Below are positions 51,401 through 61,189 of a DNA stretch of 64,000 bases, piece after piece. Source of the DNA: Candidatus Poribacteria bacterium (GTDB lineage Bacteria > Poribacteria > WGA-4E > WGA-3G); assembly GCA_963663765.2 (NCBI GenBank), contig CAXXUA010000005.1:1120001-1184000 (forward strand), given 5' to 3'. The position numbers were made by a program, and so were the translations under genes. Within the stretch, counting starts at the first letter, position 1. Each line of letters opens with the position of its first letter. Below the pieces are notes generated by a model. It saw only the letters and a list, made by a program, of their open reading frames with translations. It was not told where the DNA came from and ran no database searches.

Positions 51401-52101
51401 TGCATGATGCGAATAAGTTTTTGGTTAATGTCCTGAATATCCTCGGTTATCCCCTCTGGTTGAATAGGTAGGTCTTGGTCAGAGAGCATTGCTAGTACCT
51501 GAATGTTATCTGATACATTTCCTTGCACATTGATACGGAACTCCTGATTTTGTGAGAGTGAACGTCCACTGCCTACAGTAATACCGTACGTGCGGCTACC
51601 TGAATATTCTAACTGTGACGATGGTGTTTGTTGACTTTCCAATTCTGTGGGTATATCAATTTTGGGAGTGGTATCTATTTGTGTGTCAAGAATTGATCCA
51701 AACAGCTCCCGTTTATATATCTTCTTGATAGAGAACGGTATTGCTCGGTATGAAATTGTCCATGTTAAGTCTTCGTGTAATTCAGCTGATGCTTCAAAAG
51801 TTATTTGTCCTGTGTCGTAATCTATCTGGTAGTCAATTCCACGAACAAGTTGTTTTCCATTGTGATCAATTACCTTTTCGCTATTTAAGAAAACGGGTGG
51901 TGTTTTTACCGTATATACCGTTGCCCCAGAATCCCATTGAAAGAACTCTGTCTTATCTATTGCTGAAAAGATTGGTAGATTGATGGGAGGAGTCTGTTTT
52001 TGATGTTCAGTCTGTGCAACTGCATGAGGCAATAAACACATAAAAAATAGAAGTCTGGTAAGTAGTAAATCAACACGTCTTTCCATCCTTCTGCCATCCA
52101 T
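48421..52101 (-). CDS. Large outer-membrane/cell-surface protein, SprA-like beta-rich
   Basis: Signal peptide; 'LVRGIDYQIDYDTGQITF', 'LSDQDLPIQPEG', 'GSEIVWLNGEKMRRGENNDY'; amphipathic beta strands to the C-terminus. Confidence 0.65.
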   Translation of the reverse strand: MDGRRMERRVDLLLTRLLFFMCLLPHAVAQTEHQKQTPPINLPIFSAIDKTEFFQWDSGATVYTVKTPPVFLNSEKVIDHNGKQLVRGIDYQIDYDTGQITFEASAELHEDLTWTISYRAIPFSIKKIYKRELFGSILDTQIDTTPKIDIPTELESQQTPSSQLEYSGSRTYGITVGSGRSLSQNQEFRINVQGNVSDNIQVLAMLSDQDLPIQPEGITEDIQDINQKLIRIMHPNVTGTLGDFDASLGPSEFVFFPRALEGVKVEGDFEWGRFHFIPSALPKGQSTSKVIRGQEGRSEYRLDVGSQFVIVKAGSEIVWLNGEKMRRGENNDYIIREYGDPIIEFNSKHLITSNDVIRVDFEYIPEDRAYQQNLYGINSVFKLPGQWLSLGASYAVEADLDDPEQALVLLSDDDLNALRINTLDPDEDGILLAPPQKHTVWGLESQLNLSEKTWINGEIAFSAIDENTYSTVDRKVTSQAWKLIGYSGWDIPTWTHKLRPKLIGNLDIRTMDAEFLPVGASRNNRNRDRYSSQYTTEGFEDALLLGTNIFSQASDEQTLILDFKLLPYQWLQFDLGGGRTIEDPIQGSTTRRNNLNWGVNFKPRTNTFTTRNQQSLQGENLFRPSTQYQIDNIRRPIHAENSSIQKQSEKTSILRKLPNLRWNDYRSTSNLLPDVDEETTQIEENYKKSRQEGSLSYLLSPFELVGTYDRFVSTDDFYAARNRRRSNTSGRINLVDFKWVSVNTSYELERAYEKEPLLTLDGETLGISDWMQLTTARTWKIGLFSQRGNWVNIRTNLARRIVKAHSELGIDNTTQLADTTLQLTPFGRAIDAEITYELDKKLTTQRREIYTDIHPLTGQRIQPGEGYYVRLDDLRYVEDPEEGTYIKIYQNVGDKPTTAVDAAFKLRIQPRLFLARRARNQSSSSTTGFRRENIGTMTKPTERRQLSTWFLNGIRFQTRLWLTEEQEEEDALSLYLLQSLQGSETLFGRVNQHHRIEFSPSPLFSFEVNLRTGRTLNRRINTQERHRNNRTWEVAFSVNPTQKLSVGTNWEHRRETEKYSQLNLPELNSNNLNANTTTESNNFPPTPISDLRQFEQMTELRLQYELNRALRWGSTLGYKRTTDIESLDDEDDAKTRTFSYENSITYSILGKGRIYALHTLGYGKRDGGIPYTQYYFYEGVSHEVRATADYRLRKFTDLLFRLNYRLLSTKQRKPEHRLDMTVSAEL

Positions 52102-52128
52102 ACTATTAAGTATCCATCTCTTTTATAC

Positions 52129-53289
52129 TTATTTTGCTTTATTAAGATTTGAAATAGGTTTGTATAACATTTGGAAGACTTTGATATTACCTGCGTCTGA
52201 ATCGCTGACGAAAATGCGACCATCCTGTGAAACTGCAATTCCACAAGGTTTCATAAACGTCTTTGCAGTAAATTCCATAACAACGTTTCCTTCTGGTGTG
52301 AATATTTGTATCCTGCGATTTCCACTGTCTGTAACGTACAAATAATTGTATTCATCTATAGCAATCCTCTTCGGTTCTCTAAATTGACCGAGTTCACTGC
52401 CTTCCTCACCCCAGTAACGAATTGGATTCCCGCTGAAATCATAACTTATGATGCGGTTATTTCCTGTATCAGTCATAAAAATGGAACCGTTTGGGTTTAC
52501 CACAAGGTCGGTTGGATTCCATAACTGGTCTCGGCTGCGACCGAAACTTCCCTTAGTAAAAACATGAGCGTGATTTCTGTTAAATTGAAGCCAACGGTGA
52601 TTTAAGGTATCAATCACATAAACTTCACCATTACGTCCGATACCTGTACCTTCAGGACCGTCAAAATGTAGATCTTCTAAATTTGATGTGATTGGATAAA
52701 ACACCCTGTTAACAAGATTGCAGAACTGAATTCGATTGTTCCCTGTATCCGCTACATAGAGGTTCCCCATGTTAAGTGCTACATCGTTTGGAAAATCAAA
52801 TTCTCCTTCACGCCATCCAAAACTGCCGAATTCAGCGATGAAGTTACCATTTGCATCGATGACTTGAATACGATTGTTGCCTGCGTCCGCTACATATAGC
52901 TGTCCTAACGCATCTATTTCTAACCCCATAGGTGTCAAAAACTGACCAGCGGCTTGCCCCGAACGACCTAAAGTTTTGACAAAACTAACACCTAATATTG
53001 CTGGAGCAATACGTGGACGGATTGAGGGTACAGCATTTACATTCGGGGTAATAGGAGTACGTAAGACACCTCTATTATCAGCTTTGGGAACAGTGCAGCA
53101 TAAAAAACAACAATGAAAAATTACAAAAAGAAAATAACCACTCTGAATTGTTCTTAATGCTGTCGTTTTGAAACGTGACAAAAGGATATAGATTCTTGGA
53201 GAGTAATTAGCAATAACATGCGTTGTATCGGTATTAACGCTGAACTCTGAATTTGAAAACGAATGTTGATTGTTGATTATTGAATTCAC
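52129..53289 (-). CDS. NHL-repeat protein (start uncertain)
   Basis: Repeated 'GQF..P.G...LYVAD.GNNRIQ'. Confidence 0.88.
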   Translation of the reverse strand: MNSIINNQHSFSNSEFSVNTDTTHVIANYSPRIYILLSRFKTTALRTIQSGYFLFVIFHCCFLCCTVPKADNRGVLRTPITPNVNAVPSIRPRIAPAILGVSFVKTLGRSGQAAGQFLTPMGLEIDALGQLYVADAGNNRIQVIDANGNFIAEFGSFGWREGEFDFPNDVALNMGNLYVADTGNNRIQFCNLVNRVFYPITSNLEDLHFDGPEGTGIGRNGEVYVIDTLNHRWLQFNRNHAHVFTKGSFGRSRDQLWNPTDLVVNPNGSIFMTDTGNNRIISYDFSGNPIRYWGEEGSELGQFREPKRIAIDEYNYLYVTDSGNRRIQIFTPEGNVVMEFTAKTFMKPCGIAVSQDGRIFVSDSDAGNIKVFQMLYKPISNLNKAK

Positions 53290-53902
53290 TTGTTACACCG
53301 GGAACAATAATACGTAGATCGTTAGATTTGGAACTACGTTTTGGAAAATAGACCATAAAATCAGATCTATGTTTTGGCATAATGGTAGTTTTTTTAAAGT
53401 CTTCGGTTGGCAGTACAGCATGGTCTCCTTGTATTCGGATTGCCTTATCATATCGGAATACATCAGCATTGAATTCGGGAGGTAGTTTCGGTTTCTTCTT
53501 CACATAAAATGATTCTTGGGATTTGTCTATCTGTTTTGTAATGTTCCCTGATTGGTCAAGCATCTTACAATCTTCTTTTTTGTAACTGATCCAATGATTA
53601 GTTTTATTGTAAAGAATTATTGCAAAAGCATCAATGTTCTTTACATCATTTAGAGGAACAGCTATTGCGACAATTCCATTTTTTTCATAAATTACTGCAC
53701 CTGATTGCGGTGTAATTGTTGCATTTGGATCAAAAACTGGAACTTTTAATTCTGGTCGGAAAAGGTCTTTCATGAAACCGCCAAATTTACCACATCCCGT
53801 CAAAGATATGGATGTTATTAACAGAATTGAAAGTAGTAGGATAGTTCTAAAAATCATAGTTGTATAGTATCGTATATTTTTCAATCTTCCGAAAAACGTC
53901 AT
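53234..53902 (-). CDS. Hypothetical lipoprotein
   Basis: Lipobox LTGC after a hydrophobic stretch; GGAGG SD. Confidence 0.75.
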   Translation of the reverse strand: MTFFGRLKNIRYYTTMIFRTILLLSILLITSISLTGCGKFGGFMKDLFRPELKVPVFDPNATITPQSGAVIYEKNGIVAIAVPLNDVKNIDAFAIILYNKTNHWISYKKEDCKMLDQSGNITKQIDKSQESFYVKKKPKLPPEFNADVFRYDKAIRIQGDHAVLPTEDFKKTTIMPKHRSDFMVYFPKRSSKSNDLRIIVPGVTSEFNNQQSTFVFKFRVQR

Positions 53903-53926
53903 TTATTTGTGTTTCCTCCATTTTAC

Positions 53927-54898
53927 CTAACGTATGTTGTGTGCGAGCATAGCAGCACCGATGAGTCCTGCATCATTACCTAATTTTGCTGGGACAATTT
54001 CCATTTGACTGGGTATACCCATAGTGCGTTTTCTGAATTCTTCTCTGATATGCTGAAAGAGTAGTTTTTCTCCTGCTCCGGCAATTCCGCCTCCAATAAT
54101 TGCTATCTCGGGGTTTAGGATATGTGCGATTGATGTCAATGCTATTCCAATGAATCTTCCAGTTTCAGCAAATACTTCTTCAGCGAGTTTATCTCCTGCT
54201 TCAGCAGCAAATGCAATTTGCTTTGGAGTCAATACATCTGGGTTTAGACATGATTTCTGACCTGATGTTATGTTTTGACGTGTGCGTTGTACAATATGCT
54301 TTGCTCCTACATAAGCCTCAAGACATCCTCTATTACCACATCCACATTTACGACCATTCGGTTGTACGATGGTGTGTCCTAATTCCCCTGCAGAATTCCA
54401 ACTCCCATGGTATACTTTACGGTTGAGGACGATGCCCCCACCGACACCTGTCCCAAGTGTCAATCCAACAATGTTTTCATAACCTACCCCTGCACCATGA
54501 TATAGTTCCCCTAACACCATAGCATTTACATCGTTGTCAATATAGAGAGGAATTTTTATATTACCAAGTTCAGCAGCGACATAATCCAGTATAGGAATAT
54601 CAGACCAACCAGGAAAGTTCGGTGAAAAATGGATAATCCCTGATTCTGCAAGGATAAGTCCAGGTGAACCCAAACCGATTCCGATTATTTCATTTGTGGT
54701 CAGTTGATTATAATTAGTTTGGGATTGTATCTGTGAACAAACCTGAAGAATCATCTGTGTGATACGTTTTGCTATCGCTTTTGCGCCATCGTTCACATGT
54801 GTGGAAACGACTGTACGGTACATGAGTTTACCATCAGATGACAACACTCCTCCTTTGATATCAGTTCCGCCGAGATCAATTCCAATACTGTATTTCAT
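53927..54898 (-). CDS. ROK family sugar kinase (glucokinase-like)
   Basis: GIDLGGT, DNDVN, LTLGTGVGGG, GELGH, CGCGNRGCLE. Confidence 0.93.
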   Translation of the reverse strand: MKYSIGIDLGGTDIKGGVLSSDGKLMYRTVVSTHVNDGAKAIAKRITQMILQVCSQIQSQTNYNQLTTNEIIGIGLGSPGLILAESGIIHFSPNFPGWSDIPILDYVAAELGNIKIPLYIDNDVNAMVLGELYHGAGVGYENIVGLTLGTGVGGGIVLNRKVYHGSWNSAGELGHTIVQPNGRKCGCGNRGCLEAYVGAKHIVQRTRQNITSGQKSCLNPDVLTPKQIAFAAEAGDKLAEEVFAETGRFIGIALTSIAHILNPEIAIIGGGIAGAGEKLLFQHIREEFRKRTMGIPSQMEIVPAKLGNDAGLIGAAMLAHNIR

Positions 54899-54972
54899 TT
54901 TTTTGTGTCAATATACGCATTAGTTATCAATTAAACGACATATATTGGAAAGTTATTGCGTGCTATTCCTTC

Positions 54973-56223
54973 CTAACTATGAGAAATCCAATTAATTTTT
55001 GCTCCATCTCCTACGTTGCAAATATAGATATCAGGTTTGATTCCGGTTCGTTTTACGTATTCTCTCATAACATTTTTCCGTAACTCGTCAACGACATCTT
55101 TTCTGACTAAATTTACAGTACATCCGCCGAATCCCGCTCCGGTCATTCTTGCACCAAGTACTCCATCAATGTTCTGTGCTATTTCTGTTAGTATGTCCAA
55201 TTCGTCGCAACTAACTTCATATAGGTCGCGCAATCCTGCATGTGAAGCATTCATTAGCGTACCGAATGTGTTTAAATTCTTTGATGTAAGTGCATCAACA
55301 GCATTCAGTACTCTTGTGTTCTCCTCAACGACATATCTACACCTCTTTTGTGTTATTTCTGGTAATTCTGCTTCATATTTTTTGAATTCATCCAGTGTAA
55401 CATCTCGGAGTGAAGTTATATTGGATAGCCATTTTTTTAGAATCTTAACTCCATTTTCGCATTCGGTACGCCGCTTATTGTATTCGGATGCGGCGAGTTC
55501 GCGTTTGACATTTGTATTACATATTACAATCTGAATGTTAGTTAGATTTAGCGGAATTTGTTTAAAATCTAAAGATCGGCAGTCTAAGAACAAGGCATGA
55601 TCTGCTCTTCCCAATAACGATATAGATTGGTCCATTATACCACAGTTGACACCTGCAAATTCATTCTCTGCACGTTGACATAGAGCAGCTAATTTCATTG
55701 GTGGAATTTCAATCAATTCCATCTTACTAACATTGTGATTTGATGCGTTTGAAATGGCTAATCCACTTGCAGCTAACAATGCATACGCTGATGCAACCTC
55801 AAGTGCAGCAGATGAACTTAGTCCTGCACCTATTGGGACATCTCCTGTAATTACAGCAGACAAACCATTTAGTGTATGTCCTGTATCATGCAAAATCAGT
55901 TCCTGCAAATAGTGTGCAACGCCTCTAATATAATTTGCCCAAATAGGTGTATTTTCTGCATCAATATGGTCCAAACTAAAGGTACATTCATCCTTCATAT
56001 CTAATGCGTGAAGGTGCACATTCCGGTCAGATCGTCTTCGAGTAGCAATATGGATGCATTTATCTATTGCGACTGGAAACACAAAACCGTCATTGTAATC
56101 TGTGTGTTCACCGATTAAGTTGACTCTTCCAGGTGCGGACGCAACAAATTCTGGTTCGCTACCAAAATGTCTTGTATATTCTTTGTTTAATCTCTCAATA
56201 GAAGTTGAATTTTTCTGGCTCAT
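54973..56223 (-). CDS. galK: Galactokinase
   Basis: APGRVNLIGEHTDYNDG, PIGAGLSSSAA, CGIMDQ, GARMTGAGFGGC. Confidence 0.97.
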   Translation of the reverse strand: MSQKNSTSIERLNKEYTRHFGSEPEFVASAPGRVNLIGEHTDYNDGFVFPVAIDKCIHIATRRRSDRNVHLHALDMKDECTFSLDHIDAENTPIWANYIRGVAHYLQELILHDTGHTLNGLSAVITGDVPIGAGLSSSAALEVASAYALLAASGLAISNASNHNVSKMELIEIPPMKLAALCQRAENEFAGVNCGIMDQSISLLGRADHALFLDCRSLDFKQIPLNLTNIQIVICNTNVKRELAASEYNKRRTECENGVKILKKWLSNITSLRDVTLDEFKKYEAELPEITQKRCRYVVEENTRVLNAVDALTSKNLNTFGTLMNASHAGLRDLYEVSCDELDILTEIAQNIDGVLGARMTGAGFGGCTVNLVRKDVVDELRKNVMREYVKRTGIKPDIYICNVGDGAKINWISHS

Positions 56224-56626
56224 AGGATAATACCGTTTCTAATTGATTTTATGGTATAGTATTTTAACTCAAGTTGCTTCAACACCCCTGGTTGATTCGG
56301 TTCCTAACCGAACATTTTGTCAAATTAATTCTAAAGTCTTCTATAGAATAGATTATTGCATTCAATTTGTCGTTAGTCCGAATTGTGCAAAACAGACCAC
56401 GTTGTCTGAAATAACATACCGTGATATGTTTTGCAAATTGGGTTTTAAATCAGTCGTAGTAAGGTCTGAAAGCGTTATTTTTCGAAAACGCAATGTCTCT
56501 TTGCGAGTTTCTTGTATATCTGTTTCCTATATGGTGTCGTTGCTTTTTGTTTTGTTCTTTTTTCTGTGAGGAATCACTGCCAATTGTTTGTGTATTTCTT
56601 GAGATTCCTAAGAATTTACTACTATC

Positions 56627-56689
56627 AAAACCGTACCGTACGGTTTTCTCGGTTTGCGGTACGGTTTTCTCGGTTTGCGGTACGGTTTT
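56627..56689. repeat. 21-bp direct repeats with one inverted half-site
   Basis: GTACGGTTTT at 56638, 56659 and 56680 (unit GTACGGTTTTCTCGGTTTGCG); inverted AAAACCGTAC at 56627. Confidence 0.85.
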
Positions 56690-57060
56690 AAAAAGGTGTT
56701 ATGCGTCCAGTATCTATAAGGCTTTATAGGGGTTTTTGTTGTGTTTTTTGGTGCGGTTTTTTTGTTTGTGTATTTTTTGTGTTTGGGTGTTGGTTTTGCA
56801 TAGTTTTTTGTTGTGTGCTTTTCTTATGTATATATTATATGTGATTTTTTATAGTTTTTGTAGTTTTTTGGGTCTCTGTTTATTGGGATTTCCAATATAT
56901 ATCCAATTGATCTCTATTGGGTTTTGACATACCTATGCACATACAAAGCACTAAATCAAGAAATCAACGATATGAATGCGCAAATGGCATTCCCCGTCTA
57001 CCGAGTGAGAAATATACGATCACCATAAGCGCCAATTTAATAAAATATTGTTGTCATTTT

Positions 57061-57138
57061 CTCTTGTGGGAGGGGTTTTCAACCTCGATTTGAGCGGAAA
57101 TGCACAAAAAATTCGGGGTTGAAAACCCCTCCCACAAG
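57061..57138. repeat. TGTGGGAGGGG REP-like doublet
   Basis: Same family as 18815-18927 and the IS target at 12077. Confidence 0.8.
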
Positions 57139-57316
57139 CGCTTAAATCCTTTCTAAAATCTTGTAGGTAGCAACTCAGGTTATTTTAAGTCGGAACGTGT
57201 GGAGCGACCTCTGACATATTAGATGCTATTTGGTTTACTATAATCGTAGGTTGTTCCGACCTACGAAAAAGAAAGAACTGTGGACTATCAATTAGAAATG
57301 GTATCACATCAAACTA

Positions 57317-58069
57317 TTAAGAAGCAGCAAAAAAACTTAGCAATCGTACTAACATTGTATGTAATTCGGGACGTGGAACATAGGAGTCCACACTAATGTC
57401 AGGAGTTATTTCCCGGTTTGTCTCTGGTAGGAGTTGTTCTTCTGGAGCATGAAGTGCGGGTTGTGGTTTGATGCGAGATATGTTATCTGGACGTGAAGCA
57501 CATTCTGCTATTACAATTTCACCTACAGGAAGAAATGAAGTCAGTCTCCCTATATCTGTTTCTGTTAACACAGTAAGATGTGGTATAGCAGCCTGTGATA
57601 GATCCTCTAAACCTAATAACAATGGAATAATGTCTGAAAATGTACATTGTGTTTCAATATCATTGACTGGAAAAATAGTGAGTAATGGTATAGTTTTCTT
57701 AATAGCACATTCAATTGACTCGGAAAATACTGCTAAATGCTGTTGTTGTAAGGTGGTATTAGAAGACAGAATAAACAGACTGACAGGATATTCTGCAATG
57801 CTTTCCTGAACAGCAAACACATCATTGCCATTCACATCTTGACTGTATATCTGATTTGATTCAGTATCAGTAGTCTCTGTGGTAGTCTGGTCGCCGATAA
57901 GGAGTTTTAGTCTATTCGCAATTGTCAAAGCAAATAGTTCTTTACATTTTGGACAGACAAAATCGTTACGTTCTAATTCACCGTGAAAAGATACCTCACC
58001 ACATTTGGGACACTTATGCCATAAACTTCCACTTTCTTCAATATTATTTGTGTTTCGTGCGGTTTCCAT
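57317..58069 (-). CDS. Degenerate AccD-like protein (Zn ribbon intact, carboxyltransferase motifs lost)
   Basis: LWHKCPKC...VCPKC....L....RL AccD N-terminus; C-terminal 'VDSYVPRPELH..L..LL' echoes AccD; no GGSMG, SGGARMQE or PTTGG. Confidence 0.7.
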   Translation of the reverse strand: METARNTNNIEESGSLWHKCPKCGEVSFHGELERNDFVCPKCKELFALTIANRLKLLIGDQTTTETTDTESNQIYSQDVNGNDVFAVQESIAEYPVSLFILSSNTTLQQQHLAVFSESIECAIKKTIPLLTIFPVNDIETQCTFSDIIPLLLGLEDLSQAAIPHLTVLTETDIGRLTSFLPVGEIVIAECASRPDNISRIKPQPALHAPEEQLLPETNREITPDISVDSYVPRPELHTMLVRLLSFFAAS

Positions 58070-58138
58070 ATTTAATCACTAATTACTTCTATTTACATTT
58101 AATCGTAATTTGCATAATTACAGAGATTTGTGTTGAGT

Positions 58139-58483
58139 TTATTGAAAACTGGCTAATGCCTCAACTTCTGTATCATACCGGTCAAATATTGTAACAAGTT
58201 TAGCCATAATAATAAGGCTTCTTATATTCCCACCGATATTCAGTAGCACCATTCTTCCCATGTATCGTCTGATGGAAGCATAGGCAGCGACTATCACGCC
58301 TAAACCGGAACTATCCATCATCTGTACACGTTCCAAATTTAATATCAAAAAGACCGGTTCTCCATCCGAATCTCGTATTAGGTTGTCAATAATATTCTTT
58401 AATGCAATTGTATTTGGACCAACAAGGTTGCCTTCAATATCTAATATAATTACTTTGTCATTATGCCGAAGGTTTACTTGCAT
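58139..58483 (-). CDS. STAS-domain anti-sigma factor antagonist (RsbV-like)
   Basis: MMDSSGLG phosphoacceptor motif; AAGGAG SD before ATG 58483. Confidence 0.92.
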   Translation of the reverse strand: MQVNLRHNDKVIILDIEGNLVGPNTIALKNIIDNLIRDSDGEPVFLILNLERVQMMDSSGLGVIVAAYASIRRYMGRMVLLNIGGNIRSLIIMAKLVTIFDRYDTEVEALASFQ

Positions 58484-58637
58484 AATAACTCCTTTCTTTA
58501 CAAACACACTTTCTGAAAACACAACCGTTCACAAAAGATATGCTTTGATTATTCTACAAATCTATCGCGTATAACATCTTCTAACGTTCTTACCAGTCAA
58601 CTGAAGAGCTGCTTGCAAAAGGATTAGAAAATTGAAA

Positions 58638-59051
58638 TTACCTAAATTTTACCATTTTTATGATGGTTCCTTCAGCTTCGTATTCAACTTCATCCATACA
58701 AGCTTCCATAAGGAATAGTCCACGTCCACTACTCTTTAGTAAGTTTTCTGGATCAAGTGGATTTGCAACTTCTTCTCGTTCAAATCCTGGTCCCTCATCA
58801 GTAATAATTATGGTAAGTTTTTCATCGTCAATTAGAAATTCAAAAGTAGCGTTCTTATCGGTATCTTCTTTATTACCGTGTTTGATTGCGTTAGTACCTG
58901 CTTCAATGACTGCAAGGTTAACATGTTCCTGTACTTCTTCATCAAATTTCATTTCTTTCATGATGTCACTAATTACAGTATCAAGCAGATATATCAGTTG
59001 CATTGTGCTTGGGAGAGAAAGGAAGATTCTCAATTGTTTTTTCTCACCCAC
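58638..59051 (-). CDS. Anti-sigma factor/Ser kinase (RsbW-like HATPase_c)
   Basis: LAVIEAGTNAIKHG, DEGPGF, SGRGLFLM. Confidence 0.92.
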   Translation of the reverse strand: MGEKKQLRIFLSLPSTMQLIYLLDTVISDIMKEMKFDEEVQEHVNLAVIEAGTNAIKHGNKEDTDKNATFEFLIDDEKLTIIITDEGPGFEREEVANPLDPENLLKSSGRGLFLMEACMDEVEYEAEGTIIKMVKFR

Positions 59052-59193
59052 TTTTTTAACTCCTTCCTTGCATAAGCAAAACTACTGCGGTAAATCTTTT
59101 TACAAATATCCAAATCAATACATTGTCACATGTAGCAATTACTGTATTATATTATCAGTGTTTTGAGGTATTAGTTTTTATCTTTGGTATTTT

Positions 59194-60435
59194 CTAAACA
59201 TTGTTGCGTTTTATTACTACCACCGCTCTGTCATCCTTGAGCTGAGATGTTCCGCTGTGTTCAAATAGCGTATTTTGTAGGACACTACAAAGTGATTCGG
59301 CAGATATGGTAAGATTCTTTGAGAGACAGTTAATTAATCTGTCTTCACCAAAGAAATCGTTTGGCTTTCGTCCCTCAGTTTCTGTCACACCATCAGTATA
59401 AATTATTAGGACATCACCCGGTGAAATAGTACAAGTTTCATAAGTAAATGTTGCGATATCAAAGGCACCAATTAACATTCCGCCAGTTTCAAGTAAATGA
59501 ACTTTGCAATTATTTTGTAAACCTTTTTCAAAATTGTCTGTGTTTGGTATGAAATGGATTGGCGGACAGTGTCCTCCGTTTGAATAGGTGAATTTTCCTG
59601 TTTCTAATTCTAAAATCCCGTAAACCATTGTTGCGAATTGTTCAATATCTGTATTATGAAATAGTAATGTGTTTATGCGTTTTAGTACTGTTGCTGGTGA
59701 ATCTACCTCATTGCTTAGTAAACGCGAAGCAGTCTGAATCATGACCATCAATAGAGCTGCAGGAATACCGTGTCCTTTTACATCACCTAATACAATACCG
59801 AGTCGATTGTCACTGAGAGGGATGAAGTCGTAGAAGTCTCCAGAAACTGATGTTGAACTGCGAAAATAAGATGCAAAATCATATCCTTCAAAAGTAGGTG
59901 GTTTTTCGGGGAGTAACTTGAGTTGTATCTCTGCAGCGGCTTGAAGATGTGAACCGAGTTCAGCTACCCCTTCTTCGCTGAAACTGTCTCCCATTGCATT
60001 GATTAGGGGGTTGATGTATTTCACGGGACGCGTTCGTCCTAAAACCGCATTGATTCGTGCTGTCACCTCTCTTAAATCAAAGGGTTTTGTTATATAATCA
60101 TCGCCTCCATATTCCAAACCTTTCAATTTATCTTCAGTCTGCGATTTTGCTGTCAACCATAGGACAGGAATTGCCCGTGTATCTGTATCATCCTTCAACC
60201 GCTTGATAACTTCTAATCCATCCATTTGCGGCATCATAACATCAAGCAAAATCAGGTCAGGTTGTTCTGCTTTAGCGTTTTCAAGTCCACAGGGACCGTC
60301 ATTTGCTGTAATGACATTGAATCCATCGGAAGTTAAACTCATTTCCAGTAAAGCAAGTATATCAGGATCATCATCAATGACTAATATGGTTTCGATTGAT
60401 GGAGTTGAATCAGAGGTATATATTGTTTCGGTCAT
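59194..60435 (-). CDS. Receiver domain + PP2C (SpoIIE) phosphatase, RsbU/RsbP-like
   Basis: IDDD, LLDVMMP, YITKPF; SGDFYD, GDVKGHG, YTDGVTE, KDD. Confidence 0.93.
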   Translation of the reverse strand: MTETIYTSDSTPSIETILVIDDDPDILALLEMSLTSDGFNVITANDGPCGLENAKAEQPDLILLDVMMPQMDGLEVIKRLKDDTDTRAIPVLWLTAKSQTEDKLKGLEYGGDDYITKPFDLREVTARINAVLGRTRPVKYINPLINAMGDSFSEEGVAELGSHLQAAAEIQLKLLPEKPPTFEGYDFASYFRSSTSVSGDFYDFIPLSDNRLGIVLGDVKGHGIPAALLMVMIQTASRLLSNEVDSPATVLKRINTLLFHNTDIEQFATMVYGILELETGKFTYSNGGHCPPIHFIPNTDNFEKGLQNNCKVHLLETGGMLIGAFDIATFTYETCTISPGDVLIIYTDGVTETEGRKPNDFFGEDRLINCLSKNLTISAESLCSVLQNTLFEHSGTSQLKDDRAVVVIKRNNV

Positions 60436-60512
60436 ATCTTTGCCTTAAGTATTCAAGTCAGAAATTTGGTTGACGTTTTCGCAGGTCATTGCGGTTTCCT
60501 ATCGTCAGAGTT

Positions 60513-61106
60513 CTATTGCTGGGAGGTAGCCTTTTTCCGCACATGCCAAATAGGATCCTGTAGTAAAAGCTGCCTTATACGATCACTGAATATTGCGTCT
60601 CTTGAGGCAATAGCCATGTGAAATGCCGCTTGTCTTATGTATGGGTCTTGATGTCGGCAGAATCGGTCAGTGATTTCTTTTGCGTCATCTGGATAAAGGC
60701 GTGCCAAGCTGAGGAGTGCTCGCCGCTTGCAGTAGTCGTCTGGATCTTGGAGTCCTTTTCTTAGGAGATTTTCCGTCTTCCGACCAGCGTAGCTAAGGAC
60801 ATCATACGCTTGCCATCGTGCACTTTGGTATTCCGAATCTATCAGCAAACGCAACACGTCCCAACATAGATCTATGTGGGTCCTTGCATATTCAGCAAGA
60901 TGTTCTCCTTCATCTGAAATTATCCAGCATTTGTCAACATACTGGATATACTTCCGGTTTAGAGTTTGCTGGGTCATTTCGTAAATAGCGGAGTCCATTA
61001 AGAGCATCCATCCAGGAAAACACTCTTGCCAACTATCATCGTTTTGGTCTGCAGTAATCGCCCACTTTTCCCATTCTTTGTATATTCTTTCAAGTTCGCT
61101 TGCCAT
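60513..61106 (-). CDS. HEAT-repeat protein
   Basis: 'LQDPDDYCKRRALLSL', 'DPYIRQAA', 'LLQDPIWHVRKKA'; AGGAG SD. Confidence 0.75.
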   Translation of the reverse strand: MASELERIYKEWEKWAITADQNDDSWQECFPGWMLLMDSAIYEMTQQTLNRKYIQYVDKCWIISDEGEHLAEYARTHIDLCWDVLRLLIDSEYQSARWQAYDVLSYAGRKTENLLRKGLQDPDDYCKRRALLSLARLYPDDAKEITDRFCRHQDPYIRQAAFHMAIASRDAIFSDRIRQLLLQDPIWHVRKKATSQQ

Positions 61107-61189
61107 CGAATATTCTCCTGGTGGAGGTCACATATAGTCCAATTATTACTCCGAAGTCTACATTTTCCTGCAAATTCTTTTGAATTATA

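Noticed and set aside
56243-56927. Three short plus-strand ORFs rich in F/L/C/V
   Set aside because: By-products of T-rich low-complexity DNA; no SD or recognisable domain
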